DNA of 64,000 nt from an uncultured bacterium (lineage in GTDB: Bacteria > Krumholzibacteriota > Krumholzibacteriia > LZORAL124-64-63). A program made the translations under genes and the position numbers. This document shows positions 56,351 through 64,000 of the stretch, piece after piece. The DNA lies in NCBI GenBank assembly GCA_903912525.1, contig CAIWHK010000007.1, positions 22,563-86,562 on the forward strand. Direction: 5' to 3'. Position 1 is the first letter of the stretch; each line of letters begins with the position of its first letter. The notes under the pieces are model-generated. The model was not told where the DNA came from, ran no database searches, and worked only from the letters and a program-made list of their open reading frames with translations.

Positions 56351-56384
56351 TTTGTAATTCTCCCGACAGTGTCGAGAGAATTGG
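56351..56384. repeat. AT-palindrome family copy TTTGTAATTCTCCCGACAGTGTCGAGAGAATTGG
   Basis: 1 arm mismatch; 36 bp downstream of REP 56295. Confidence 0.7.
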
Positions 56385-56499
56385 ACCATACCGAAAGAAA
56401 TCCCACCCAGCCCACCTCGGCCGCGCCAGCTCGCTCCGCCGGCCACCACCACCCGGCCCGGCGAGCCCAGCGCACCCTGGCCGCACCCCCACCCACCAC

Positions 56500-56700
56500 A
56501 ACCGCAGCACCTGACGAGGCCCCCCCGACCCGGACGCGTTCGGGCCCGCCCTGGCCGGCAGGTGCGCGGAGGTGGGCGTCGCCGTCGTGATCGTGCCCGC
56601 GCCGCAGGGGTGTCCGGCGGGCGGGGCCTCGCGGTGGCTGGCACGCGCCAGGGCGCTGGTGATGGCTGGTGGCCGGACCAGGAGCGGCGTCATGTCGTAA
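56500..56700 (+). pseudogene. Fragment of a second ImmA/IrrE-family gene
   Basis: Translation DPDAFGPALAGRCAEVGVAVVIVPAPQGCPAGGASRWL aligns to DPDAFVPALTGMCAEVGIAVVFVPTPQGCPAYGATRWL of the intact gene 50352-51434; the peptidase HExxH region is missing. Confidence 0.45.
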
Positions 56701-56896
56701 CACGTTCTGCCATGATTGGTTAGCTTCGCATGGTCGTCGGCCTGCTCGATCGAGAAGACCGAAATCGCTCAACTTCCCGCCCTATTGTGCCGAAGACAGA
56801 ATGCCTCTTTCGGCATCGATGGGAAGTATCGCGATTGACCGATATTCGCAGTGCGCTTGGCACCATGACCGGCCACTGCAATGAGGAGGGATGACA

Positions 56897-57235
56897 ATGC
56901 CGGCGCGTAACGCCCAACAGCGCAGCCACAGTATCTACGTCATCGAGCTCGACAAAGCAGTTCTGCAGATCAAGCGCTTTCGCGAAGCGAATCCGGGCTA
57001 CAGGGAAGGGATGCCGTGCGTCTACGTCGGGATGACTTGCCGCACGCCGGAAGAGCGCTTCAGGCAGCACATTTCCGGCTACAAGGCCGCGAGGCTCGCG
57101 CATCGATTCGGGATACGATTGAAACCACGACAATACCGAGCGTTCAATCCCATGACCAGAGCCGAGGCAAAGTACATGGAAGTCGAAAAGGCGCGACGGC
57201 TGCGCAATCGGGGATATGGAGTCTGGCAGAACTAG
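56897..57235 (+). CDS. GIY-YIG nuclease-family small protein
   Basis: SIYVIEL and VYVGMTCRTPEERFRQH resemble GIY...YIG/R/H signatures. GAGGAGGG RBS. Local GC about 58%. Confidence 0.5.
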   Translation: MPARNAQQRSHSIYVIELDKAVLQIKRFREANPGYREGMPCVYVGMTCRTPEERFRQHISGYKAARLAHRFGIRLKPRQYRAFNPMTRAEAKYMEVEKARRLRNRGYGVWQN

Positions 57236-57284
57236 GCGACAGACGCTCCGGATCCCCTGGGTCGAACCCCCATAGCCGGAACCC

Positions 57285-58850
57285 CTACTCCCGATACTTC
57301 GCCACCAAATCACACTGCACCGTCTTGTGCGTCATCCACGAGAACTTGTTGTCGAACATGAGGTAGTACTTCCCATCCGCGCGAATGGGGACCTCCATCT
57401 CCGCCGCCGTGACGACTCCCGAATCGTAGATCGCCTTTGCGGCATGCCCGTTGGACCAATTGAGATAGTTGAGTTCGTCCAGCAGCAGAATGCGAACATC
57501 GTTGCCAGTGCCGCCCTGCGCCAACATGCGCCCACAAAGCGAGTATTCGCCATACACGCTGGGGGTCAGGTTTAGCACCAAGCCTTCCGCCTCGCCGGCA
57601 GGAATGAAAACGGCCTGTGAGGTCAACGCCTCCTGCCTCAGCGGATACGGCAGGCCAGCCAACCGCGCCTGAACCTCATGAAACGCCTGCGTGTCGCTCC
57701 GCAGGTCATTCAGGTTCAGCTTCGGCAATTCTGCCTCGGTGTTGGCGATGCGTTCTTCCGCGGCCGGATGAGTCTGAAAGAAGACCTCAAATGCCGACGG
57801 ATCCCCGCCCGCGTTCTTGCGAAGGGTCTCGAACATGCTCGTCATCGCCCGCGGGTCATAGCCCATCCGGTAGAGCGTATAGATGGCCAGGAAATCGGAC
57901 TCGCGCTCGTCGTCGCGCGAATAGTCCATCTGCTGGAAGAAAGCCACCGCACCGCCAGCCTCAGTGATCATCTGGCGCCGCTTCTCGTCCCCGCCGCTCA
58001 GCAACTCGCCGCCGGCGGCGACAATGCCCGCCATGATCAGCTGATTTGTCAGGGATCGGGCGGTGTGCTTGCCAACGATGTGGCCGACTTCGTGAGCAAT
58101 GACGCCCGCCAGTTCGGCTTCGCTCGACATCTGATCAATCAGGCCGCGATAGATGAAGACCTGGCCGCCGCCCACGGTAAAGGCGTTGACAGTGCGGGAA
58201 TCGATCACCTGGAACGAATAGGCGATGTCGCGCCGGCGAGAGGCTCCGGCGATGCGCTGGCCGAGGTCATTCACGTAGGCTGTCACCAATGAGTCGGCGA
58301 GCATTGGCTCGGATTCGGTGATCATCGCTCCGTTTTGGAGTCCCATCGCAACTTCGAGATCGTCGCCAAGGATATTGAACGATGTGCCGTAGTCGTGCCG
58401 GTCGTCGTCCAGCACCTTGTCGCCGAATACGATTGCCCGCAGATCAGCCGTCTTGAATTCGGACAGCTTCCAGCCGTCCGAGGCGACGCGACACTTGAGT
58501 CGATCCTTATCGAACTTCCTGAGCATGACCGGCACGATAGTGCCATCCCGCAGATAGAGGACATCGCAGGAATCAGCAGCCGTCGTGGTGACCGAGTCGC
58601 CCACCGTGAAAGTGATCCCGAAGAGGTCCCGAAGTGCGATCTCTTTCTTGGCTTTGTCCTGCTTGGCCTTGAAGAGTAGTCGGTCCTCTTTGTAGCCGTC
58701 GAAGACCAGGCTCTCAGCATGGCCGTCCGCGAAGATGAACTGCATAGGAACTGGCGGCTCACCTGCGCAAACAGGCGCAGCTACAATGCAAGCTAGCGTC
58801 ATCGCGCCAAGAACCGCGAGAACAAAGCCAACACGAATGTGATGCATCAT
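57285..58850 (-). CDS. Secreted/membrane-anchored M48-family Zn metallopeptidase
   Basis: N-terminal hydrophobic segment MMHHIRVGFVLAVLGAMTLACIVAAPVCA; HExxH in VIAHEVGHIVGKH with a downstream E; M48-like architecture. Confidence 0.65.
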   Translation of the reverse strand: MMHHIRVGFVLAVLGAMTLACIVAAPVCAGEPPVPMQFIFADGHAESLVFDGYKEDRLLFKAKQDKAKKEIALRDLFGITFTVGDSVTTTAADSCDVLYLRDGTIVPVMLRKFDKDRLKCRVASDGWKLSEFKTADLRAIVFGDKVLDDDRHDYGTSFNILGDDLEVAMGLQNGAMITESEPMLADSLVTAYVNDLGQRIAGASRRRDIAYSFQVIDSRTVNAFTVGGGQVFIYRGLIDQMSSEAELAGVIAHEVGHIVGKHTARSLTNQLIMAGIVAAGGELLSGGDEKRRQMITEAGGAVAFFQQMDYSRDDERESDFLAIYTLYRMGYDPRAMTSMFETLRKNAGGDPSAFEVFFQTHPAAEERIANTEAELPKLNLNDLRSDTQAFHEVQARLAGLPYPLRQEALTSQAVFIPAGEAEGLVLNLTPSVYGEYSLCGRMLAQGGTGNDVRILLLDELNYLNWSNGHAAKAIYDSGVVTAAEMEVPIRADGKYYLMFDNKFSWMTHKTVQCDLVAKYRE

Positions 58851-58899
58851 ACAATTCCTTCCGTTCGTCCCGATAGGCGAACTGCTGCACTCCCAAAGA

Positions 58900-60570
58900 T
58901 TATCGCCGAAAAATCCGCATTCCAGCCTGTTCCTCAAAAGCCGCGCAAATGAGCTGCAACCGCTCCGACCTGAACTTCTCAAATGCTGCCGCAGTCCCCT
59001 TCTGCCAGACACCGCCACTGGGTCCCGCGGGGATCAGGTGACTTCGTACAACCCGCGCAAAGCGCTGCCGATTTTCGTCGCGACACGCACTCAGGTACAC
59101 GCGCGGCAACTTCATCCCGATGGCCAAATTGTCTTGCGACACCAGAAAACAGATGTTACACAAGCCGTTATATACACTGGCCGGGAAGTGAGCATGCAGT
59201 TGCCCCTTCGGGAAGATGTGGTGCCGATGCGCCACGTTTGCGTAACTCGCAATGTCTGTTGAGAGATTGATCGGCTCTCCGTTTTCCAAGTACCGCGGAC
59301 GAGATGCCGCGAGTAGGCAGAAGTAGACTCGGGTTCGGGCTGCTTTCGATGAATACTCGGCGTTTTGGATCGTCGCGATCGGATCTAGCTGGCTCTCCAG
59401 GACAAACGTCCGGGACTTGCCGCGCGCGAGATCGGCGAACAACTGGGCATCGGCGACAAGATTCTGATGATATCCGCGGCCACTGTATCGCTGCGCCACG
59501 CCAGTGGCCCAGAACCACTTCCGAATCTCCTTCCGCGCCTTTGTGTGCGGTTGACCGGGGTGGTGATAGAAGTAGGACGCCAGCGTCGCCGGCATATTGG
59601 CCGACGGCAAGTACGATTCATCGTAGACCCAGAAATGGGACCGCAGGTAGTCGACAGCGGAAAGGAATGACCGTTGATAGCGATCCCAGGTCTTTTCAAA
59701 CTGTTTGACATTGGCCTTTCCGCTATTCAATTCACGTGACCAACGCGCAGCCATTGTCTCAAGTTTCGGGGGCACACCTCTCCCGTTGGGCTTTTCGTGG
59801 ATTAGATTGAAGCCCATCAGAATCGGATCGACACCTTCGAGGCGGAACGACTTGGCGGCCAATCGCTGACGGACGTCCTCCGCCATAGCGCGAATGTCCA
59901 TTTCACCCATGATGGCGATTGCACGATCAGCGGAGGTGATGCGCATTCCTTGCGAATTGACCCTGATGAAGACCTCTCCGATTTCCTCGAGCGAGGCCTG
60001 CGCAACAGTCACGATGGGCACCGGGTAGTTCAGGATGCGGTGCCTGCAATCTGCAATTTGCTTCATCATCCAGGCCGGCTTGCCCTTCAGTCGAACTCGC
60101 CAATCAAGAGCCAGAATGTCTACAAGCGGCACTAGGTGCTTGCCAATCGGTCGACGATAGACGATCCGCTGAGAGTCTCGTTGCTCAGCCGTGGCTGCGG
60201 CGACAAAACACAGGCGCGAAAAATGAATCTCGCGGCCACGGTCATTGATTTTTGTCTCGCCAGCAAATGCCTGGTGGATGACGGACAGCCGCTGCTGACC
60301 ATCAATCACGAACCAAATCTGCTTATGGTCGGGGTCGTAGTGTGGCAGCACCGCTGACGACTGGCGGATGAGATTGGCGGCCTTACGCTCCATCTCCCAG
60401 AGGAAGATGGAACCGATCGGGATGTTCCGATAAATGGAGTCTAGCAGCTTCGCGGCCCTCCCCGCGTCCCACACGAAGTTGCGCTGGAGCTTTGGGATCG
60501 CATATCGCCTGGCGACCAACTCACGGCGCAAGGCGCCGATCCGTTTCTTCTTGATTGCCGGAGGCCTCAT
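58900..60570 (-). CDS. GmrSD-family type IV (modification-dependent) restriction endonuclease-like protein (DUF262 plus DUF1524)
   Basis: N-terminal QRNFVWDAGRAAKLLDSIYRNIPIGSIFLW and DGQQRL (ParB-like DUF262); C-terminal HRHHIFPK (His-Me finger DUF1524 motif). Confidence 0.7.
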   Translation of the reverse strand: MRPPAIKKKRIGALRRELVARRYAIPKLQRNFVWDAGRAAKLLDSIYRNIPIGSIFLWEMERKAANLIRQSSAVLPHYDPDHKQIWFVIDGQQRLSVIHQAFAGETKINDRGREIHFSRLCFVAAATAEQRDSQRIVYRRPIGKHLVPLVDILALDWRVRLKGKPAWMMKQIADCRHRILNYPVPIVTVAQASLEEIGEVFIRVNSQGMRITSADRAIAIMGEMDIRAMAEDVRQRLAAKSFRLEGVDPILMGFNLIHEKPNGRGVPPKLETMAARWSRELNSGKANVKQFEKTWDRYQRSFLSAVDYLRSHFWVYDESYLPSANMPATLASYFYHHPGQPHTKARKEIRKWFWATGVAQRYSGRGYHQNLVADAQLFADLARGKSRTFVLESQLDPIATIQNAEYSSKAARTRVYFCLLAASRPRYLENGEPINLSTDIASYANVAHRHHIFPKGQLHAHFPASVYNGLCNICFLVSQDNLAIGMKLPRVYLSACRDENRQRFARVVRSHLIPAGPSGGVWQKGTAAAFEKFRSERLQLICAAFEEQAGMRIFRR

Positions 60571-60849
60571 GACACAAGCACCTTCCAGAATTCTTGCTCA
60601 ACGCACCGTGGCATTCGACCCGATATCGCCTGAGTGGCGGCACGTCATTTGAGAAATACGCTCAAACTGGCTTACACCTAAGCCGCTTAGTTACTCATCT
60701 TACCGCGCCAACCCCACCGGCTTCAAGTCTAGCAATTCCAATGGACATCCAGATGGGGTATCCTGGCGTCCTCCTGGAACCGAACTCAATCCGATTTTGG
60801 CCTCAATCGTTGTCGGTGATGCAGACATGCGGCCCGACTGGAGAATTGG

Positions 60850-61236
60850 ATGAACAACTGTCCGTTCTGCCCACCATACGGGTTTCGAGCTATCCAAGAA
60901 TCCGAGTCCAGCCTGGCCCTGTATGACAGCTACCCCGTCTCGCCCGGCCACGCCCTCATCGTGCCCCGTCGCCACGTCCCCTCGTGGTTTGACCTCCTAG
61001 AACCGGAGCAAATCGACCTTCTAAAGTTGGCCAACCTCGTCAAAGGCCATTTAGACCTGGAACGGCACCCCATCGCCTACAACCTGGGCATAAACGACGG
61101 CCCCCAAGCCGGCCAGTCCATCCCCCACGTCCACCTGCACCTTATCCCACGCTACGCCGGCGATCAGGTTGATCCGCGGGGTGGAATTCGGCTAATCTTC
61201 CCCGAGAAGGCCAGATACTGGGAAGATGGCAAATAG
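60850..61236 (+). CDS. HIT-family (histidine triad) protein
   Basis: HVHLHLIP histidine-triad motif; CPFC zinc-binding N-terminus. Confidence 0.75.
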   Translation: MNNCPFCPPYGFRAIQESESSLALYDSYPVSPGHALIVPRRHVPSWFDLLEPEQIDLLKLANLVKGHLDLERHPIAYNLGINDGPQAGQSIPHVHLHLIPRYAGDQVDPRGGIRLIFPEKARYWEDGK

Positions 61237-61272
61237 CTGAATTCAAGCCCGATACCGATAAGGACTAGTCTA

Positions 61273-64000
61273 TGGCGAAGCACCTGGTCACCGGCGGCGC
61301 AAATGACCCCCTCCTGCCGCTCATCCGCGATGCCATCAACAGCGCCGATGAAATCGAATTGGCGGTGGCCTTCATCAAGAGCAGCGGCCTTGAGCTCCTC
61401 TATCCCGCGCTCCAGGAGGCGGTAGTCGAACGCGGAGCGAAGCTCGCACTGCTGACCAGCGACTACCTCGACGTCACCGATCCTCAAGCGCTCCGGGACC
61501 TGATGCTGCTCGCAGACCGCGGCGCCGACGTGCGCGTATTCCAGACGTCCGGAAGCGATAGCTTCCACCTCAAGGCGTATATTTTCGTTCGACGGCATTC
61601 CGAAACTGGATTCGACGGCATTGCATTCGTCGGTTCGAGCAATATCAGCCGTCCCGCCCTTACTGACGGAATCGAATGGAACTATCGCATTGAATCCGAA
61701 ACCAATTCGGGAGATGTTGAAGGTTTTCGCGAAATTAGAGCCGCATTTTGCAAACTGATCGCGAATCCAGCCGTCATTGCGCTCGACTACGAGTGGATTG
61801 CCGATTACGAAGCCCGGCGCGCGCCCATCGCACAACTGGTGGCACCCGGCGCCCTGGATCCCGAATTGCCCACCCCAGTTCCTAACGCCATTCAAGCCGA
61901 GGCCCTGGAGGCCCTGGCCGCGTCTCGGCTCGCGGGCTACAAGCGCGGTCTGGTGGTTCTGGCGACGGGTCTTGGTAAGACGTTCCTTGCCGCTTTTGAC
62001 ACCCACGCCACGGACGCTCGACGGGTCCTGTTCGTTGCCCACCGCGAGGAGATCCTTCTCCAGGCCGAAAAGACCTTTCTGCGGATACATCCGCAGGCTA
62101 AAGTGGGTAGCTTTGGCAATGGTGCCCGCGATGTGGCCGCCGACATGCTCTTTGCGTCAGTGCAAACGCTTGGACGCGCGGCGCACCTGGACACATTTGC
62201 ACCGGATCACTTCGACTACGTCGTGATCGACGAATTTCACCACGCGCACGCGCCGACCTATCGCCGACTCCTTCAGCACTTCACACCGAAGTTTTTACTA
62301 GGCATGACCGCCACGCCCAAACGTACAGACCAGTCGGACATCCTGAGTCTTTGCGACAACAATCTCGTCTACGAGCGGAATCTGATCGCCGGCGTCACCG
62401 AAGGCTATTTGTGCCCATTTACCTACTTCGGCATATACGACGACACGGTCGACTACGACGACATCAAATGGCGCAATGGAAAATTCGACCCTGAGGCTCT
62501 TACCAGCAAACTCGCGACAATGGCACGGTTTCGGCACGTCCTCAACGAGTGGCAAGCGAAAGGCACAAAGAAGACCCTCGCCTTTTGCTCCGCGAAGAAG
62601 CACGCCCAATTCATGGCCGATCAATTCAATGCTGCGGGCGTTCCCGCAGCCGCCGTCTACGATGGCTCAAGTATGGCTAGGGATACTTCACTTGCTCATC
62701 TCAAGACCGGCACCCTTCAGGTCATCTTCTCCGTAGACATCTTCAGCGAAGGCGTGGACATTCCTGAGGTCGACACGGTACTCATGCTGCGCCCAACCGA
62801 ATCACAAGTGCTCTTTCTTCAACAACTTGGTCGAGGCTTGCGCAGATGTGAGGGCAAAGAGCGGCTCACCATTCTTGACTTCGTCGGCAACCACCGGGCG
62901 TTCCTAAACAAGCCCCAGGCCCTGTTCAACGTGGAGGGCAACTACCGCGCGCTCGCAGAATTTGCCAATCAGGTCAAAGATGGAACACTCAGCCTGCCTG
63001 CCGGGTGCTTTGTTAATTATGACCTTGAGATCATTGAATTCCTGCAAGCCCTCGCCGGCAATGGACCTGCAGTAGACTATGACAATCTGAAGGCAGCGCT
63101 TAATCGGAGACCGTCATTGACCGAATACTTCTACTCGGGGGCCAGCCTACCTCAAATGCGCAACGCTTCCGGTAGCTGGTGGGGACTCGTGCGAGATGCC
63201 AATGACCTTAGTGACCAAGAAGCGAATTGCTATTTGCAGTACAAAGACTTCCTCCGGGATGTTGAGACAACGCGCTTTGAAAAATGCTACAAAGCCGTCC
63301 TCCTCGAGTCCTTCTTAGACCTTGACGGATTCGCCAATCCGCCCACCCTGGACGCTCTCGCGTCCCAGGCCCTCGCTGTGTTTCGACGCAGAAGAACATT
63401 CATCGAAGACCTTCCTTCCGAGTTTGCGGACATCGACAAAGTCGACCCCGCTGCCTGGCGTCGCTATTGGGATCGCAACCCCGTAAATGCATGGCGGGGC
63501 GGCAACCTTCAGGACCCGGCTGCAGCGTGGTTTGAAGTAGTCGACGACAGGTTCCGCGGCAGGTTTATAGTGCCGACTGACGAACTTGAGACCTTTTCAA
63601 GCATGCTCCAGCAGGTCGTGGAGTACCGGCTAGCCAACTATGCGCGGCGGTTCAACCGCAGCGCGAGTCCGCAGAACCCAGCCACCACGGGAATTCCTGT
63701 CTTTGCAAATCTTGAGATCGCTTGCGGTCATTTCCGGCCAGGCGACACGAAGGTTAACCGCTACAAGCGCCTCCCGGCCCAATTCGGATCGCTCGATGAA
63801 ACTCGGCATTTCATTGCTCGCGCTTCTGGAGAATCTATGAATGGCGGAAAACGGCCAATCCGCGATGGCGACTACATGCTACTAGAACGCAACTTACAAC
63901 CGCAACTTCCGCCACCCCACCAGGAAACTGTTGTTGTTTCGCGGCCGAATGCGACTGGAACTCGCGAGTACATTCTTCGCATTGCAAATGCGCAACTCGA
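61273..64000 (+). CDS. PLD-family nuclease domain fused to SF2 (ResIII/DEAD-like) helicase with C-terminal DUF3427-like region; 3' partial
   Basis: HxK(x4)D(x6)GSxN motif in FHLKAYIFVRRHSETGFDGIAFVGSSNIS; Walker A LATGLGKTF; Walker B VVIDEFHH; helicase C motifs LQQLGRGLRR. The ORF continues beyond the window end. Confidence 0.7.

Noticed and set aside
48546-56384. Interpretation of the REP plus AT-palindrome units as integron attC sites or as a CRISPR array
   Set aside because: The repeats are two independent palindromes, not the single imperfect R''-L''/L'-R' attC structure. Spacers between repeat copies are gene-sized and not uniform, and repeats are not direct, so this is not CRISPR. No integrase or cas genes are present. 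Kept only as a cassette-like analogy.
56720-57313. Minus-strand 197-aa ORF overlapping the GIY-YIG gene
   Set aside because: It is antisense to a gene with a recognisable motif and strong RBS, and has no motifs of its own.
60594-60926. Plus-strand 110-aa ORF in the divergent gap upstream of the HIT gene
   Set aside because: It overlaps the HIT start region in another frame, and has no RBS or motif. It is more likely promoter/5' UTR sequence.
1-64000. tRNA, rRNA, tmRNA or other classical RNA genes
   Set aside because: No cloverleaf-like 70-90 nt segments with a GTTCGAATCC-type T-loop were found in intergenic regions. GGGCGATTCCC at about 52,430 lacks acceptor/anticodon stem context.

Overview
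This is a high-GC (about 68%) bacterial chromosomal segment. Several large secreted proteins end in T9SS/Por-type C-terminal sorting domains (NPFNP motif), which suggests a Gemmatimonadota-, FCB- or Eisenbacteria-like lineage. The window contains, in order: (i) 0-9 kb, a sensory block with an HD-GYP-like response regulator, two PAS histidine kinases, a MerR-HTH-receiver fusion and CheW/MCP; (ii) 9-15 kb, an ECF sigma/anti-sigma(vWA) pair, a CYTH protein, a lipoprotein and an HDAC-family enzyme; (iii) 15-28 kb, a divergent hypothetical/DUF2779 pair, an S9 peptidase, and a cluster of T9SS-cargo proteins (beta-helix adhesin-like, M6 protease elsewhere, cohesin-like protein); (iv) 28-31 kb, a VOC enzyme and an AbiEi/AbiEii type IV TA pair; (v) 31-38.3 kb, a seven-gene minus-strand operon (MoxR AAA+ ATPase, small protein, HExxH-metallopeptidase/vWA protein, three paralogous very acidic proteins, and an N-formylglutamate-amidohydrolase-fold protein), translationally coupled by ATGA overlaps, which is a candidate undescribed MoxR-vWA-based system; (vi) 39-45 kb, a SWIM-SNF2 helicase, an orphan MqsA-like regulator with a perfect palindromic operator, and a YhcG/DUF1016 PD-(D/E)XK nuclease; (vii) 48.5-56.4 kb, a cassette-like array of toxin-antitoxin/defence-type genes (two more YhcG paralogs with one frameshifted, an HTH-ImmA/IrrE protein plus a fragment, a NYN-domain protein plus a copy with the gene cleanly deleted, and two AbiEi-like genes), each unit delimited by two short palindromic elements; (viii) 56.7-64 kb, a lower-GC (about 55-58%) island with GIY-YIG, M48 peptidase, GmrSD-like type IV restriction, HIT and a PLD-nuclease/SF2-helicase protein. 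Two non-coding element families stand out. The first is a perfect 20-bp palindrome GACTTGCGCCGGCGCAAGTC, a REP-like element with 19 intergenic copies mostly abutting stop codons and 2 in-frame copies inside enzymes. The second is an AT-rich roughly 25-35 bp palindrome that sits inside the coding sequence of all three YhcG paralogs at the same codon position with covarying arms, and as six intergenic remnants each about 45-60 bp downstream of a REP copy. No rRNA, tRNA, CRISPR array, integrase or transposase was recognised.
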